Source: Actinopolymorphaceae bacterium (GTDB taxonomy: Bacteria > Actinomycetota > Actinomycetes > Propionibacteriales > DAIQRJ01). Taken from it: 64,000 nucleotides of DNA. Positions 9,383 to 19,165 of the stretch are shown here, one piece after another. The translations under genes and the position numbers were made by a program. Each line of letters starts with the position of its first letter. The stretch's first letter is position 1. The notes below the pieces were generated by a model. The model was not told the DNA's origin, searched no databases, and saw nothing but the letters and a program-made list of their open reading frames with translations. The stretch lies in assembly GCA_036786375.1 (NCBI GenBank), contig DAIQRJ010000005.1, positions 80,635-144,634 on the forward strand, in the 5' to 3' direction.

Positions 9383-10929
9383 GCACCACGACCGCCCCGG
9401 AAACCGCGCAGCTGCCCGCTACCACCGACCTCGCTGCCCGCGCCCGCGAAGCGCTTCGTGTGTGTGGTGTGGACGCGTCCGCCTTCGGCCCCGGGCTCAC
9501 CGCGCACACTCCTCTCACCGGCGGCGTGCTGGCCGAGGTCGTCGTGACCGACGCGGCCGGTGCCGAGCAGGCGATCGCCGCCGCCCAGCAGGCATTCCTC
9601 CAGTGGCGCACCACACCTGCGCCCGTCCGCGGCGCGCTCGTCAAGCGATTCGCCGAGCTGCTGGCCGAACACCGGGACTCCCTCGCCACGCTGGTCACCC
9701 TCGAGGCGGGCAAGATCACCTCCGAGGCCGCCGGTGAGGTCCAGGAGATGATCGACGTCGCCGACTTCGCCATCGGCCTGTCCCGCCAGCTCTACGGACG
9801 CACGATGCCCTCCGAACGTCCGGGCCACCGGCTGTCCGAGACGTGGCATCCGCTCGGCGTCGTCGGCGTCATCTCGGCGTTCAACTTCCCCGTCGCCGTC
9901 TGGGCCTGGAACACCACGATCGCCCTCGTCTGCGGTGACTCCGTCGTCTGGAAGCCGTCGGAGAAGACCCCGCTGACCGCCCTCGCCTGTGCGGCACTTC
10001 TCGAGCGGGCCATCGAGGAGCAGGGCGCGCCGGCCGGCATCCATCGCCTGCTGATCGGTGGCGCCGACCTCGGCGAAGCCCTCGTCGACTCCCCCACCGT
10101 CGCGCTCGTGAGCGCCACCGGGTCCACCCGGATGGGCCGTTCGGTCGGGCCGAAGGTCGCGGCCCGCTTCGGCCGCACGCTCCTCGAGCTGGGCGGGAAC
10201 AACGCCGCCGTCATCGCAGCGTCGGCCGACCTCGACCTGGCGACCCGCGCCATCGTCTTCGCGGCTGCCGGAACGGCCGGGCAGCGATGCACGAGCATGC
10301 GCCGGCTGATCGTCCACGACGACGTCGTCGACACCCTGTGCGACAAGCTCACCTCGGCGTACCAGCGGCTCCCGATCGGTGACCCCGGCTCGGCCGGGAC
10401 GCTCGTCGGCCCGCTCGTCGACGGCGCCGCGTACACCAACATGCAGGCCGCGCTCACGCAAGCCCGAGCCGACGGCGGCGAGATCCTCGCCGGTGGCGGA
10501 CGCAGGCTGGCCGACTCCGCGCCGGACGCGTTCTACGTCGAACCGGCCCTCGTCCGGATGCCCGCGCAGACCGACGTCGTCGCGACCGAAACCTTCGCGC
10601 CGATCCTCTACGTGCTGACCTACACCGACTTCGACACCGCGATCGCGCTCCACAACGGCGTCCCACAAGGACTTTCCGCCGGCATCTTCACCCGTGACCA
10701 GGCCGAGGCAGAGCGCTTCCTGGCGTCCGACGGAGCGGACTGCGGGATCGTCAACGTCAACATCGGGACGTCGGGCGCCGAGATCGGCGGCGCGTTCGGC
10801 GGCGAGAAGGAGACCGGCGGCGGCCGCGAATCCGGTTCGGACTCGTGGCGCTCGTACATGCGCCGCTCGACGAACACGGTGAACTACTCCGGCGAGCTCA
10901 GGCTCGCGCAGGACGTCACGTTCCTCTGA
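9379..10929 (+). CDS. pcd: Aldehyde dehydrogenase, piperideine-6-carboxylate / aminoadipate-semialdehyde dehydrogenase type
   Basis: About 516 aa from ATG 9379. ALDH motifs are ..LELGGNNA.. and the catalytic Cys region ..AAGTAGQRCTSMRRL... The context is directly downstream of lat. Confidence 0.8.
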   Translation: MSTTTAPETAQLPATTDLAARAREALRVCGVDASAFGPGLTAHTPLTGGVLAEVVVTDAAGAEQAIAAAQQAFLQWRTTPAPVRGALVKRFAELLAEHRDSLATLVTLEAGKITSEAAGEVQEMIDVADFAIGLSRQLYGRTMPSERPGHRLSETWHPLGVVGVISAFNFPVAVWAWNTTIALVCGDSVVWKPSEKTPLTALACAALLERAIEEQGAPAGIHRLLIGGADLGEALVDSPTVALVSATGSTRMGRSVGPKVAARFGRTLLELGGNNAAVIAASADLDLATRAIVFAAAGTAGQRCTSMRRLIVHDDVVDTLCDKLTSAYQRLPIGDPGSAGTLVGPLVDGAAYTNMQAALTQARADGGEILAGGGRRLADSAPDAFYVEPALVRMPAQTDVVATETFAPILYVLTYTDFDTAIALHNGVPQGLSAGIFTRDQAEAERFLASDGADCGIVNVNIGTSGAEIGGAFGGEKETGGGRESGSDSWRSYMRRSTNTVNYSGELRLAQDVTFL

Positions 10930-10954
10930 CGTCGGCCACGCAGGCCCGTACGAG

Positions 10955-11194
10955 CTACGGCAACGGGGTGACCGCGTCGGCGAAGACGAGGTCGTCGAGC
11001 TTCGAGACGTGCAGGCCGACGGTCGTGAGCCCCTGCGCCCACCGGATCCACACATGGTTGTCGACGACGCCGACGATGCGGCCCCGGCGCCCCTCGATGA
11101 TGCCTGCGGGCCGGTAGACCACTTCGGACCCGGCGCGTCGCGCCGCCATCGCCAGCGTCATCCCGCCGGTGACTGTGTCTCGGCGTCTCATCAC
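10955..11194 (-). CDS. Small hypothetical protein
   Basis: 79-aa ORF with coding-like composition (..RIVGVVDNHVWIRWAQGLTTVGLHVSKLDDLVF..). No family recognised. Confidence 0.35.
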   Translation of the reverse strand: MMRRRDTVTGGMTLAMAARRAGSEVVYRPAGIIEGRRGRIVGVVDNHVWIRWAQGLTTVGLHVSKLDDLVFADAVTPLP

Positions 11195-11347
11195 AGTGCG
11201 ACCACCGGCTCAGTGTTCATCGACGTCTCCAGGACGAGCTGCACCGCCGCGCACCAGGTGTGGGACCTCGTGGTCTGGAAGTGGAACCGTTCGGGTGGAG
11301 TCTTGCACGTCGGCATTTTGACGACGGCGAAGCCCCGTCAGAATGTT

Positions 11348-12112
11348 TCAGGACGGCCGGACCAACCCGGCGTCATAGGCCAGCACAACCGCCTGCACCC
11401 GGTCGCGCACCTCGAGCTTCGACAGCACCCGCCCGACGTGGGATTTGACGGTCGCCTCGGACAGGAACAGCGCGGCCGCGATCTCGGAGTTGGACTGACC
11501 GTCGGCCATGCCTCGCAGCACGTCGAGCTCCCGGCTCGTCAACGAACGAAGCCTGGGGTGGAGTTCGGGGTTGGCCGCGGACGCCGGTTCGGCCGACGGC
11601 AGGTGCTGCGCGAACATCTCGAGCATCCGTCGCGTCACCCGCGGTGAGACCACCGCGTCGCCGCTGACGACGGCACGGATGGCGGACACCAGCTCGGCCG
11701 GCTTGGCGTCTTTGAGGAGGAACCCGCTCGCACCGACCTTCAGCCCGGAGAACGCGTACTCGTCGAGGTCGAACGTGGTCAGGATGAGGACCCGGCAACC
11801 GGGGCGGGCGGCGACGATGCGTTCGGTCGCATCGATCCCGCTCATGCCCGGCATCCGCACGTCCATCAGCACCACGTCCGGCTCGAGGGAGAGCGCCAGC
11901 GCCACTCCGTCGGCACCCGTGCCCGCCTCGCCGACCACGATCAGGTCGTCCTCGGCCTCGAGGACGATACGGAACCCCACCCGCAGCATCGGCTGGTCGT
12001 CGACCAGCAGGATTCGCGTCGGGCTCGTCGTCGGGATCGGCGTCGGGCTGGAGGCCGGGCCAGGGGGCCGCGCATACCGGTCGGTACCGCTCACGCGCGT
12101 ACCTCCGTCCAT
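11348..12112 (-). CDS. Two-component response regulator, NarL/LuxR family
   Basis: REC domain (..ILLVDDQPMLR.., ..DVVLMDVRMPGMSG.., ..LLKDA..) plus a LuxR HTH (..LTSRELDVLRGMADGQSNSEIAAALFLSEATVKSHV..). An alternative GTG start at 12094 gives a GTGA overlap with the kinase stop. Confidence 0.9.
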   Translation of the reverse strand: MDGGTRVSGTDRYARPPGPASSPTPIPTTSPTRILLVDDQPMLRVGFRIVLEAEDDLIVVGEAGTGADGVALALSLEPDVVLMDVRMPGMSGIDATERIVAARPGCRVLILTTFDLDEYAFSGLKVGASGFLLKDAKPAELVSAIRAVVSGDAVVSPRVTRRMLEMFAQHLPSAEPASAANPELHPRLRSLTSRELDVLRGMADGQSNSEIAAALFLSEATVKSHVGRVLSKLEVRDRVQAVVLAYDAGLVRPS

Positions 12113-13227
12113 CGCATCGTCGCCTGCACACGCCAGCCGCCACCATACGGGCCGGCGCTGACCGTCCCCTGGTAGACAGCTGCGCGCTCCCGCATGCCGA
12201 GGATGCCCTGGCCGGTCCCCGGGATCGCGAGCAGCGCGCCCCGGTGGTCGCCGCTGTTGTCGACGCGCACGTCGATCGCGCCGTCGACGTGGGCGATCAC
12301 GACGTCGACGTTGTCGGCGCCGGGCGCATAGCGCAGGACGTTCGTGAGCGACTCCTGCACGATCCGGAACACCGCCAGCTGCAGACCGGCGTCCGCGGGC
12401 AGGACCGCTCCGCGGGTGGTGAGCTGGACGGGCAGGCCCGAGCGGCGGAACGTCTCGATGATGCTGCCGAGATCCGCCGAGGTGGGTTGAGGAGCGAGCG
12501 GCGCCACCGGATCCCGCAGCAGCCCGAGCACCCGGCGCATGTCCGACAGGGCCGACCGCCCGGTCTCGGCGACCTGGTCGAGAAGCTCGGCGGCGTTGGC
12601 CGGGTCGCGACGCAGAACCACCCCGGCACCGTCGGCCAGGCTGATCATCACCGACAGGCTGTGCGCGACGATGTCATGCATCTCCCGGGCGATCCGGGTG
12701 CGCTCCGCCGCCGCCGCGAGAGCTTCGCGTTGCTCGCGCTCGCGCGCCAGTTGCTGCGCCCGCTCGATGAGCGCGTCGACGTAGCGGCGACGGGATCCGA
12801 CCGCCATGCCGATCGCCGCGACGGCGAGGGTGAAGACGAGGACGAACGCGGTCACCACCCACCGGCCGGGCGCATGCATGAACAGGAACGTGGAGGGGAC
12901 CGTGACCGCGACGACGGCGGCGAGTCCCGTCCACGACGACCGTGTGGAGCGGTAGACCGCCAACGCGTACAGCGAGAGCGGGACGGCGATCGGGTCGGGC
13001 GACCGGCTGATCGGCCAGCCGATCGTCGACGCCGCGAGGATGACGACGAACGACCCGGCCGGCCACCGGCGGCGTACGACGAGGGCAGCCGCGATGACGA
13101 CGCTGAGCGCGATCGCCGCCGCCTTCGACCATGGGCCGACGTCGGACCCGAACAGGCTCGCCGGGATCGCGATGGCGAGGTAGCCGACACCCATCGCCAC
13201 GTCGACGACGCGGCGGTGGCCGGCCAT
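12091..13227 (-). CDS. Sensor histidine kinase, HisKA_3 (NarL-partner) type
   Basis: About 378 aa from ATG 13227 (alternative GTG at 13278). It has four to five TM helices, the H-box ..REMHDIVAHSLSV.., and an HATPase_c region (..LTNVLRYAP.., ..GTGQGILGMRERA..). The 670-aa track ORF is an upstream over-extension. Confidence 0.85.
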   Translation of the reverse strand: MAGHRRVVDVAMGVGYLAIAIPASLFGSDVGPWSKAAAIALSVVIAAALVVRRRWPAGSFVVILAASTIGWPISRSPDPIAVPLSLYALAVYRSTRSSWTGLAAVVAVTVPSTFLFMHAPGRWVVTAFVLVFTLAVAAIGMAVGSRRRYVDALIERAQQLAREREQREALAAAAERTRIAREMHDIVAHSLSVMISLADGAGVVLRRDPANAAELLDQVAETGRSALSDMRRVLGLLRDPVAPLAPQPTSADLGSIIETFRRSGLPVQLTTRGAVLPADAGLQLAVFRIVQESLTNVLRYAPGADNVDVVIAHVDGAIDVRVDNSGDHRGALLAIPGTGQGILGMRERAAVYQGTVSAGPYGGGWRVQATMRWTEVRA

Positions 13228-13328
13228 GAACCGCCGGACCCGCCCGGGGCTCGGCAGTCGCGCATCGCCCGGCACCGGTTGCACGGTGGCAACGGTGCCG
13301 GGCGATGGCGGCAGTTCGGTCGTAACGG

Positions 13329-14192
13329 TCAGACATCCCTCCGACGCAGGAGCGCCGCCGAGGCGATCCCGAGGACGACGACATACAGCGCCAACATCCC
13401 GAACCCCTGCCAGGGGGTCAACTGACCGGAGTCGGTGGTGGTGGCCATGATCCGCCCGCCGACCTCGGTCGGCATCCATTTGGCGATGTTGTCGGCCCAG
13501 GTCACGAAGTTGCCGAGGATGCCAAGGATGATCGGGACGAGCAGCAGAATTCCCAGGACCGTCGAGATCGCGCCGGCGGAGTGACGCATCATCGCGCCGA
13601 TGGCGAGGGCGAACAGGCTGATCAGCGCGAGGTAGAGCGCGCAGCCGAGGAACACCCTGACGATCTGACCGTCGAGTCCTGCATTGAGGTTGTCGGCGCC
13701 GAGAATCGGCTTGGTGACCAGGTAGGAGATCGCGATGGCGAAGGCCGACACCACGAAGGTAGTCACCCCGACGACGATGTACTTCGCGATCAACGCGGGT
13801 ACCCGCTGCGGCACGGCGGCCATGGTCGACCGAATCATCCCGGTGCCGTACTCGCCGGTGATGAGCAGAACCCCCAGGACGGCGACGACGAGTTCTGCGA
13901 AGTAGTAGCCGAACGTGTTGACCAGCGCGACAACGTCGGGATTCGACATCCCCGGCGACGGCGGCCGCCCCCCAGGCTCCCCGGCACTCGGCGTCGCGAA
14001 GTTGTGCGCGACGGCGGCCAACAGCAGGCTGAAACCGACCATCACGACGACAGTGATGATGAGCGCCCACATGGTCGAGCGCAGCGTCCGGAGCTTGATC
14101 CACTCCGACTTGACGATGCGGGGGAACGTGAGATGCGCGTCGACCGGCACCGACGGTGCCGTCGGGCGGAGCGCCTCGACAGTGGTGGTCAT
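13329..14192 (-). CDS. ABC-2 type transporter permease
   Basis: 287-aa polytopic membrane protein (..FPRIVKSEWIKLRTLRSTMWALIITVVVM..). Its ATG overlaps the upstream ATPase stop (ATGA). Confidence 0.8.
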   Translation of the reverse strand: MTTTVEALRPTAPSVPVDAHLTFPRIVKSEWIKLRTLRSTMWALIITVVVMVGFSLLLAAVAHNFATPSAGEPGGRPPSPGMSNPDVVALVNTFGYYFAELVVAVLGVLLITGEYGTGMIRSTMAAVPQRVPALIAKYIVVGVTTFVVSAFAIAISYLVTKPILGADNLNAGLDGQIVRVFLGCALYLALISLFALAIGAMMRHSAGAISTVLGILLLVPIILGILGNFVTWADNIAKWMPTEVGGRIMATTTDSGQLTPWQGFGMLALYVVVLGIASAALLRRRDV

Positions 14193-15205
14193 CGCTGTGC
14201 TCCTTCGAGCGGTTGCGGCGCGGGTTCGGCCGGGAGTGCGGGGGCGAGGTGGTCGGCGTTGTGACCGGAGTCGGCGTGATACTCCACCGAGTCCGCGGTG
14301 AGTTCCATGTACGCCTCTTCGAGCGTCGACTGCAGCGGCGTCAGTTCGTGCAGGACGACCCGCTCATGCGCAGCCAGTTCGCCGATCCGCGCGGCGTCCA
14401 GGCCGCTCACCGTCAGCAGGCCGGGTTCCTTCGTCGAGACCGTGACGTTCGGGCCGCTCAGCGCGATGACCAGACGGTCGGCGTCGGGAGTGCGGACCCG
14501 CACCGACCGCGTCGATCCGGTCGCGATGATCTCGGCGACCGGCGCGTCGGCGATGACACGGCCGCGGCCTAGGACGATCAGGTGGTCGGCGGTGACGGCC
14601 ATCTCGCTCATCAGGTGCGACGACAGGAAGACGGTGCGGCCCTCGCCGGCGAGGTAGCGGACGAGTTCACGCACCCAGAGCACGCCTTCGGGGTCGAGCC
14701 CGTTGACCGGCTCGTCGAGGATCAGCGTCTTCGGGTCGCCCAGGAGAGCGACGGCGATACCCAACCGCTGGCCCATGCCGAGGGAGAATCCGCCGACCCG
14801 CTTGCTCGCCACCGACTGCAGGCCGGTCATCTCGATGACCTCGTGCACGCGCTTCGTTGGGATGCCGTGAGTCGCGGCGAGTGCGGTCAGGTGGTTGAAC
14901 GCGCTGCGGCCGGTGTGGACGGCCTTCGCGTCGAGGAGCGCGCCGACCTCGAGCAGCGGCGCGTGGTGCTTGGCGTAGGGCTTGCCGTTCACGGTGACGC
15001 TGCCGGCGCTGGGCGCATCGAGCCCGACGACCATGCGCATGGTCGTGGACTTGCCGGCGCCGTTGGGACCGAGGAAGCCGGTCACTTTCCCGGCGCTGAC
15101 GGTGAACGTCACGTCGTCCACGGCCGTCGTGGGCCCGTACCTCTTGGTCAGGCCTATCGCTTCGATCACGTGGTGCCAACCCTTCGTCGATTCGTCGTTC
15201 GCCAT
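14189..15205 (-). CDS. ABC transporter ATP-binding protein
   Basis: Start at ATG 15205 (MANDESTKGWHH..). Walker A GPNGAGKST, signature FSLGMGQRL and Walker B LILDEPVNGLD. Confidence 0.9.
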   Translation of the reverse strand: MANDESTKGWHHVIEAIGLTKRYGPTTAVDDVTFTVSAGKVTGFLGPNGAGKSTTMRMVVGLDAPSAGSVTVNGKPYAKHHAPLLEVGALLDAKAVHTGRSAFNHLTALAATHGIPTKRVHEVIEMTGLQSVASKRVGGFSLGMGQRLGIAVALLGDPKTLILDEPVNGLDPEGVLWVRELVRYLAGEGRTVFLSSHLMSEMAVTADHLIVLGRGRVIADAPVAEIIATGSTRSVRVRTPDADRLVIALSGPNVTVSTKEPGLLTVSGLDAARIGELAAHERVVLHELTPLQSTLEEAYMELTADSVEYHADSGHNADHLAPALPAEPAPQPLEGAQR

Positions 15206-15411
15206 CCGGCTACAGGCCGTCCCGGCCCCATGCACCCAAGTTTGGAAGGCTCCCGGCGTCCGCGGAACCGGCTGCAGGATGATCTTGCGAGCAGCCCCGG
15301 CTCATCCCTGAGGATGACGAACGACGCCGATCGGCCAGGGTTCGGCTCAGGGTCGGCCAGCAGCGGCCGACCGGTGCAATCCCGCCCGATCCATCACCCT
15401 CGGCTGCCACG

Positions 15412-17316
15412 ATGGACCGGATGACTCCCACCGCACCGGTCCAACGGCACCAGCTCCGTAGCCTCCTCGACACCACCGACCTGGCCGCCTCGTTGCCACC
15501 GCCGGGCACCTGGCAGCCGGTGCCACCGTTCGCGGATCGTCAAGCCTGGCAGGGAGTCCGGCTCGACGTCGCTGCATTCGTGGCCGGCCCGGCAGCGGCT
15601 TTGACCGGCACACCGTGGCCGCAGATCCTCGCCCACCACACCTCGCGGTATCTCCGCGACGGGGACCGCTCCGAGTTCGAGACGCTCTACTTCGGCCGTC
15701 GCAGCCGGGTCGTGACGCAAGCGCTCGCCGCCCTCGTCACCGGCGACGACCGGCAGTTCGACGATCTCGTGGACGGCCTGTGGCTGATCTGCGAGGAGAG
15801 CCAGTGGTCGATCCCCGCGCACGACTACTTCGCATTGGACGCGCAGGAAGGGCTTCCCGACCCCGCCAAGCCGTTCCTCGACCTGTTCGCCGCGGATACC
15901 GCGTCGTTGTTCGCCTGGACGACCATCGCGCTCGGTGCCGAACTGGCCGCTCGTGAGCCTGCGTTGCACCGCCGGATGGCGGACGAGGTCAGGCGCCGTG
16001 TCCTGCGCCCCTACCTCGACCAGGACTGGGGGTGGTACGGGCCGAGGGAGGGGCGTGCGCCCAACAACTGGAACCCGTGGATCCACTCGAACGTCCTCCC
16101 GGCCGCACTTGTCTTCGCCTCGTCGCACGACGACGTGGTGGCGACGGTCGAGAAGGCGATCACCGGGCTCGACCTGTTCCTCGACGGCTACCCCGACGAC
16201 GGTGGGTGCGACGAGGGCGTGTCGTACTGGTGGCGTGCGGGCGGTTCGATGATCGAGTGCCTGCTGACCTTGCGCGACGCGAGCGCAGGGCGCATCGACC
16301 TGTTCGGCGTCCCGGTGCTCCACGCGATGGCCCGCTATCCGCTCGTCGCGTCGATCAGCAGGGACTGGAACGTCAACTTCGCCGACGGATCGGCACGATC
16401 GAGCGCCGGCGAGAACGCGCACCTGTTCTACCGGCTCGGCCAGGTGTTCGACGACGCCGACATCACCGCACACGCACGGGCGATGCGAACCTCGCTGGCA
16501 GAGGCGTCGACGCCCGGCGTCCCGCTCGAGCGGCTCCTGTTCGGCGCGATCGATCATCAGTGGGCTGATACCTCGGTGGCCGGCGCGATCTACGCGGGTG
16601 CGAGCGACGTCCTGCCCGACACCGAGGTGCTCACGGCCCGCGAACGTCCCGGCCAGCACAGCGGGCTCTACCTGGCTGCCAAGGGCGGGCACAACGCCGA
16701 GAGCCACAACCACAACGACGTCGGCACGTTCATCGTCGCCCACGACGGTCGGCCGTTGCTCATCGACGTCGGCGTAGAAAGCTACACACGCAAGACATTC
16801 GGACCGGAGCGTTATTCGATCTGGACCATGCGCACGTCGTTCCACAACCTGCCCACGATCAACGAGGTGGAGCAGCACGCCGGCCGCAGCTTCGCCGCCA
16901 AGGACTTCGCCACCGACACCTCCGACGGGCACGCCCAGCTCTCGCTCGACCTCGTCGACGCCTACCCGGACGAGGCCGGCATCGGGTCCTGGCGGCGGGT
17001 GATGCGGCTGGAACGTCACCCTGCACAGGTGATCGTGAGCGACACCTGGTCGCTCGACCGGGACGACAACGCCGTCGACCTCACCCTGATGACCGGTGAC
17101 GAGCCGGACGTCTCCGTGCCCGGCAGCATCACCTGGGCCGGTCGGCATGCCGTCGTCGGCTACGACGCGGGCCGGTTCGAGCCCGAGGTCGAGCGGATCG
17201 ACTTCGACGATGCCAAACTCACGCCGGTGTGGGGGCATCACGTGTGGCGGATCCGCCTGCGGGCAACGGGCCTGCCCTCGGTGGGCACGCACACGCTGGT
17301 GGTCACGGGAACGTGA
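15412..17316 (+). CDS. Heparinase II/III-like protein
   Basis: 634-aa ORF. The block ..AKGGHNAESHNHNDVGTFIVAHDGRPLLIDVGVESYT.. is typical of the heparinase II/III-like family. Confidence 0.7.
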   Translation: MDRMTPTAPVQRHQLRSLLDTTDLAASLPPPGTWQPVPPFADRQAWQGVRLDVAAFVAGPAAALTGTPWPQILAHHTSRYLRDGDRSEFETLYFGRRSRVVTQALAALVTGDDRQFDDLVDGLWLICEESQWSIPAHDYFALDAQEGLPDPAKPFLDLFAADTASLFAWTTIALGAELAAREPALHRRMADEVRRRVLRPYLDQDWGWYGPREGRAPNNWNPWIHSNVLPAALVFASSHDDVVATVEKAITGLDLFLDGYPDDGGCDEGVSYWWRAGGSMIECLLTLRDASAGRIDLFGVPVLHAMARYPLVASISRDWNVNFADGSARSSAGENAHLFYRLGQVFDDADITAHARAMRTSLAEASTPGVPLERLLFGAIDHQWADTSVAGAIYAGASDVLPDTEVLTARERPGQHSGLYLAAKGGHNAESHNHNDVGTFIVAHDGRPLLIDVGVESYTRKTFGPERYSIWTMRTSFHNLPTINEVEQHAGRSFAAKDFATDTSDGHAQLSLDLVDAYPDEAGIGSWRRVMRLERHPAQVIVSDTWSLDRDDNAVDLTLMTGDEPDVSVPGSITWAGRHAVVGYDAGRFEPEVERIDFDDAKLTPVWGHHVWRIRLRATGLPSVGTHTLVVTGT

Positions 17317-17385
17317 CGAGCCGGCTCGACTGATGCGGTCGGCCGGCTGCCGCGGTAGATCCTGCCGCTGGAGTGGACAGGGCGG

Positions 17386-17678
17386 ATGCGCCCAGCGGCC
17401 GGAGAACTCCTGCACTTCTCCGAGGACCCGGCGATCGAGCACTTCGTCCCGCACGTCGCGGCAACAACCACCAACGCCGATCCGATGGTGTGGGCCGCGA
17501 ACTGATACTCAGCCCGGACCACCCGCGCGTCCACGCTGTCGAGTGCGGCTGGCTCGACGCGATGCGGACCGTCGAGCTGTTCGCCTACCGGCTGCCGGCC
17601 GAGCCGTTCCGTCCGGTCAGCGTCGACCGCCGGATGAACCTCCGGCACGGGGACGGGTGCGGGCGCCGGTTCCGGTAA
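17386..17678 (+). pseudogene. Remnant of a small conserved actinobacterial gene (DUF6886-like, from memory)
   Basis: ATG 17386 opens MRPAAGELLHFSEDPAIEHFVPHVAATTTNADPMVWAAN, then TGA at 17503-17505. Family-like sequence resumes in another frame (..PRVHAVECGWLDAMRTVELFAYRLPAEPFRP..) and stops at 17678. The middle and C-terminal parts appear deleted. Confidence 0.4.
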
Positions 17679-17720
17679 CGACGCTTCACGGTCGCGCAGG
17701 CCACCGACGGCGGCGCGCAA

Positions 17721-17999
17721 CCTGTCGGGTTGCGACCCCGCCAGGACGCCCCCAAGCGGCCACAGGACGGCGAACGCGATGATGCGTCGGCGGGTGATGT
17801 TGACGAGGCTCTCCAGGCTCGACGTCTGGATGCCGCCGCGCCAGGCCAGATGGAGCCCGGCCGTCAGAATGACCGCCGCCCACTACGCCGGGAACAGCCG
17901 GGCGATGCGTGACGCGGTGAACTTCTCGATCGGCCGTCCATACGCCGTCATCATGATGACGAAACCACTGACGACGAAGAACAGCTCGAGCCGTGGCAT
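17721..17999 (-). pseudogene. Acyltransferase-3 family gene fragment with in-frame amber codon
   Basis: The minus-strand frame reads ..MPRLELFFVVSGFVIMMTAYGRPIEKFTASRIARLFPA-TAG-WAAVILTAGLHLAW... The TAG at 17883-17885 sits where the family usually has an aromatic or small residue (R-L-x-P-x-Y/A-W). The normal N-terminus and most TM helices are missing. Confidence 0.35.
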
Positions 18000-18143
18000 G
18001 GGATCAGTCGAGGTCACGAATCGAGGCCAGCGGCCAATTCCCGTGGCGGGGTCGGCGAAACCGTCCCGAAACGGTGCTGAAACGACGTGCTGCGGGGCAC
18101 CCGGCGGTCGCGGACCCGGACGACCTGCGCGAGACTGGACGAC

Positions 18144-19004
18144 ATGGCCATCAAGATCGCGATCTCGTCCTACTCCTTCCATCGCTTCGGCGGCGGACCC
18201 GAAGGCAAGGAGGCGCCAACGGTCGAATCGATGATCGACCGTTGTGCCGCGCTCGGCGTTTCGGGCATCGAGATCCTCTGGGAGCACCTCGTTCTCAACG
18301 GGCAGGACAACGTCGCGTCCGCTCACGAACTCCACCAGTACGCGGCGCTGCGCGGCATCACCCCGGTCACCCTGGCCGCGTCGCACAACCCGGTCCAGCT
18401 CACCGCCGAGGGCAGGGCGGTCGAGCTCGACAAGCTGATCGCGACCATCGATGTCGCCGAGGCCCTGGGCACCCCGTTCGTCCGGGCACACGGCGGCCGC
18501 TGGCACACCCTGAGCAACTTCCACGACATGTGGGACAACCTCGGCGAGGAGCCGCCGGCAGAGGGCTATACGACCGACGAGGGCTACGACTGGGCGATCG
18601 AGGCCCTCACAACCGCCACCGCGCACGCCGCCGAGCGCGGCATCACCCTCGGTCTCGAGAACCACTGGGGACTCACCGGCACGGCCAAGGGCTGCCAGCG
18701 CATCCACGACGCGGTCAACTCGCCGTGGTTCAAGTACATCCTCGACATCGGCAACTACTTCCAGCACCCCGACCCCTACGCCGAGATGACCCAGGCGCTC
18801 ACCGACCTGGCCGTCATCCACGGGAAGTTCTACCTGGGCGGCGGGATCATCGTGGAGCCCGAGATCGACTACACCCGGGTCGCGACGTTGCTGGCCGGGA
18901 TCAACTACACCGGCTTCATCTCGCTGGAGTTCGAGGGCAAGGCGCACCCGGACCAGGGCGTGCCGGACGCCATCGCGACCATCCGCTCGGCGTTCGGGAT
19001 CTAG
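18144..19004 (+). CDS. Sugar phosphate isomerase/epimerase (xylose isomerase-like TIM barrel)
   Basis: Start at ATG 18144 (MAIKIAISSYSFHRF..). Blocks ..GVSGIEILWEHL.., ..TPFVRAHGG.., ..ITLGLENHWGLT.. and ..GFISLEFEG.. are typical of the AP-endonuclease-2/TIM family. Confidence 0.85.
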   Translation: MAIKIAISSYSFHRFGGGPEGKEAPTVESMIDRCAALGVSGIEILWEHLVLNGQDNVASAHELHQYAALRGITPVTLAASHNPVQLTAEGRAVELDKLIATIDVAEALGTPFVRAHGGRWHTLSNFHDMWDNLGEEPPAEGYTTDEGYDWAIEALTTATAHAAERGITLGLENHWGLTGTAKGCQRIHDAVNSPWFKYILDIGNYFQHPDPYAEMTQALTDLAVIHGKFYLGGGIIVEPEIDYTRVATLLAGINYTGFISLEFEGKAHPDQGVPDAIATIRSAFGI

Positions 19005-19074
19005 CCGACCGTCAGGTCACCTTCGACCGTACGGTCCGGCCGGCTCGTAACCCCGTCACCGCAGCGGTAACCCC

Positions 19075-19120
19075 GGGACTGTTGTCGTATAGCGGTGCTT
19101 GGGGTTACGACGACAGTCGC
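19075..19120. terminator. Long imperfect hairpin between convergent genes
   Basis: GGGACTGTTGTCGTA (19075-19089) pairs with TACGACGACAGTCGC (19106-19120). That gives 13 Watson-Crick pairs, one G-U and one mismatch, with a 16-nt loop. There is no T-tract. Confidence 0.3.
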
Positions 19121-19165
19121 GACATTACGACGGCTCGAATTCGGGTTCGTAGCAGTGGGGGTGTG

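Noticed and set aside
11348-15205. LuxR/HisKA_3 two-component system with an ABC-2 exporter as a novel system, or as the regulator of the stress island
   Set aside because: This four-gene arrangement with ATGA/GTGA coupling is a very common actinobacterial module. The kinase has no GAF or heme sensor domains, and nothing links it to the island 25 kb away.
1898-17316. Sulfatase plus heparinase II/III-like protein as a glycosaminoglycan utilisation locus
   Set aside because: The two genes are 12 kb apart and separated by unrelated genes (HNH, the lysine catabolism cluster, a two-component system with an ABC exporter). No transporter or glycosidase is shared between them.
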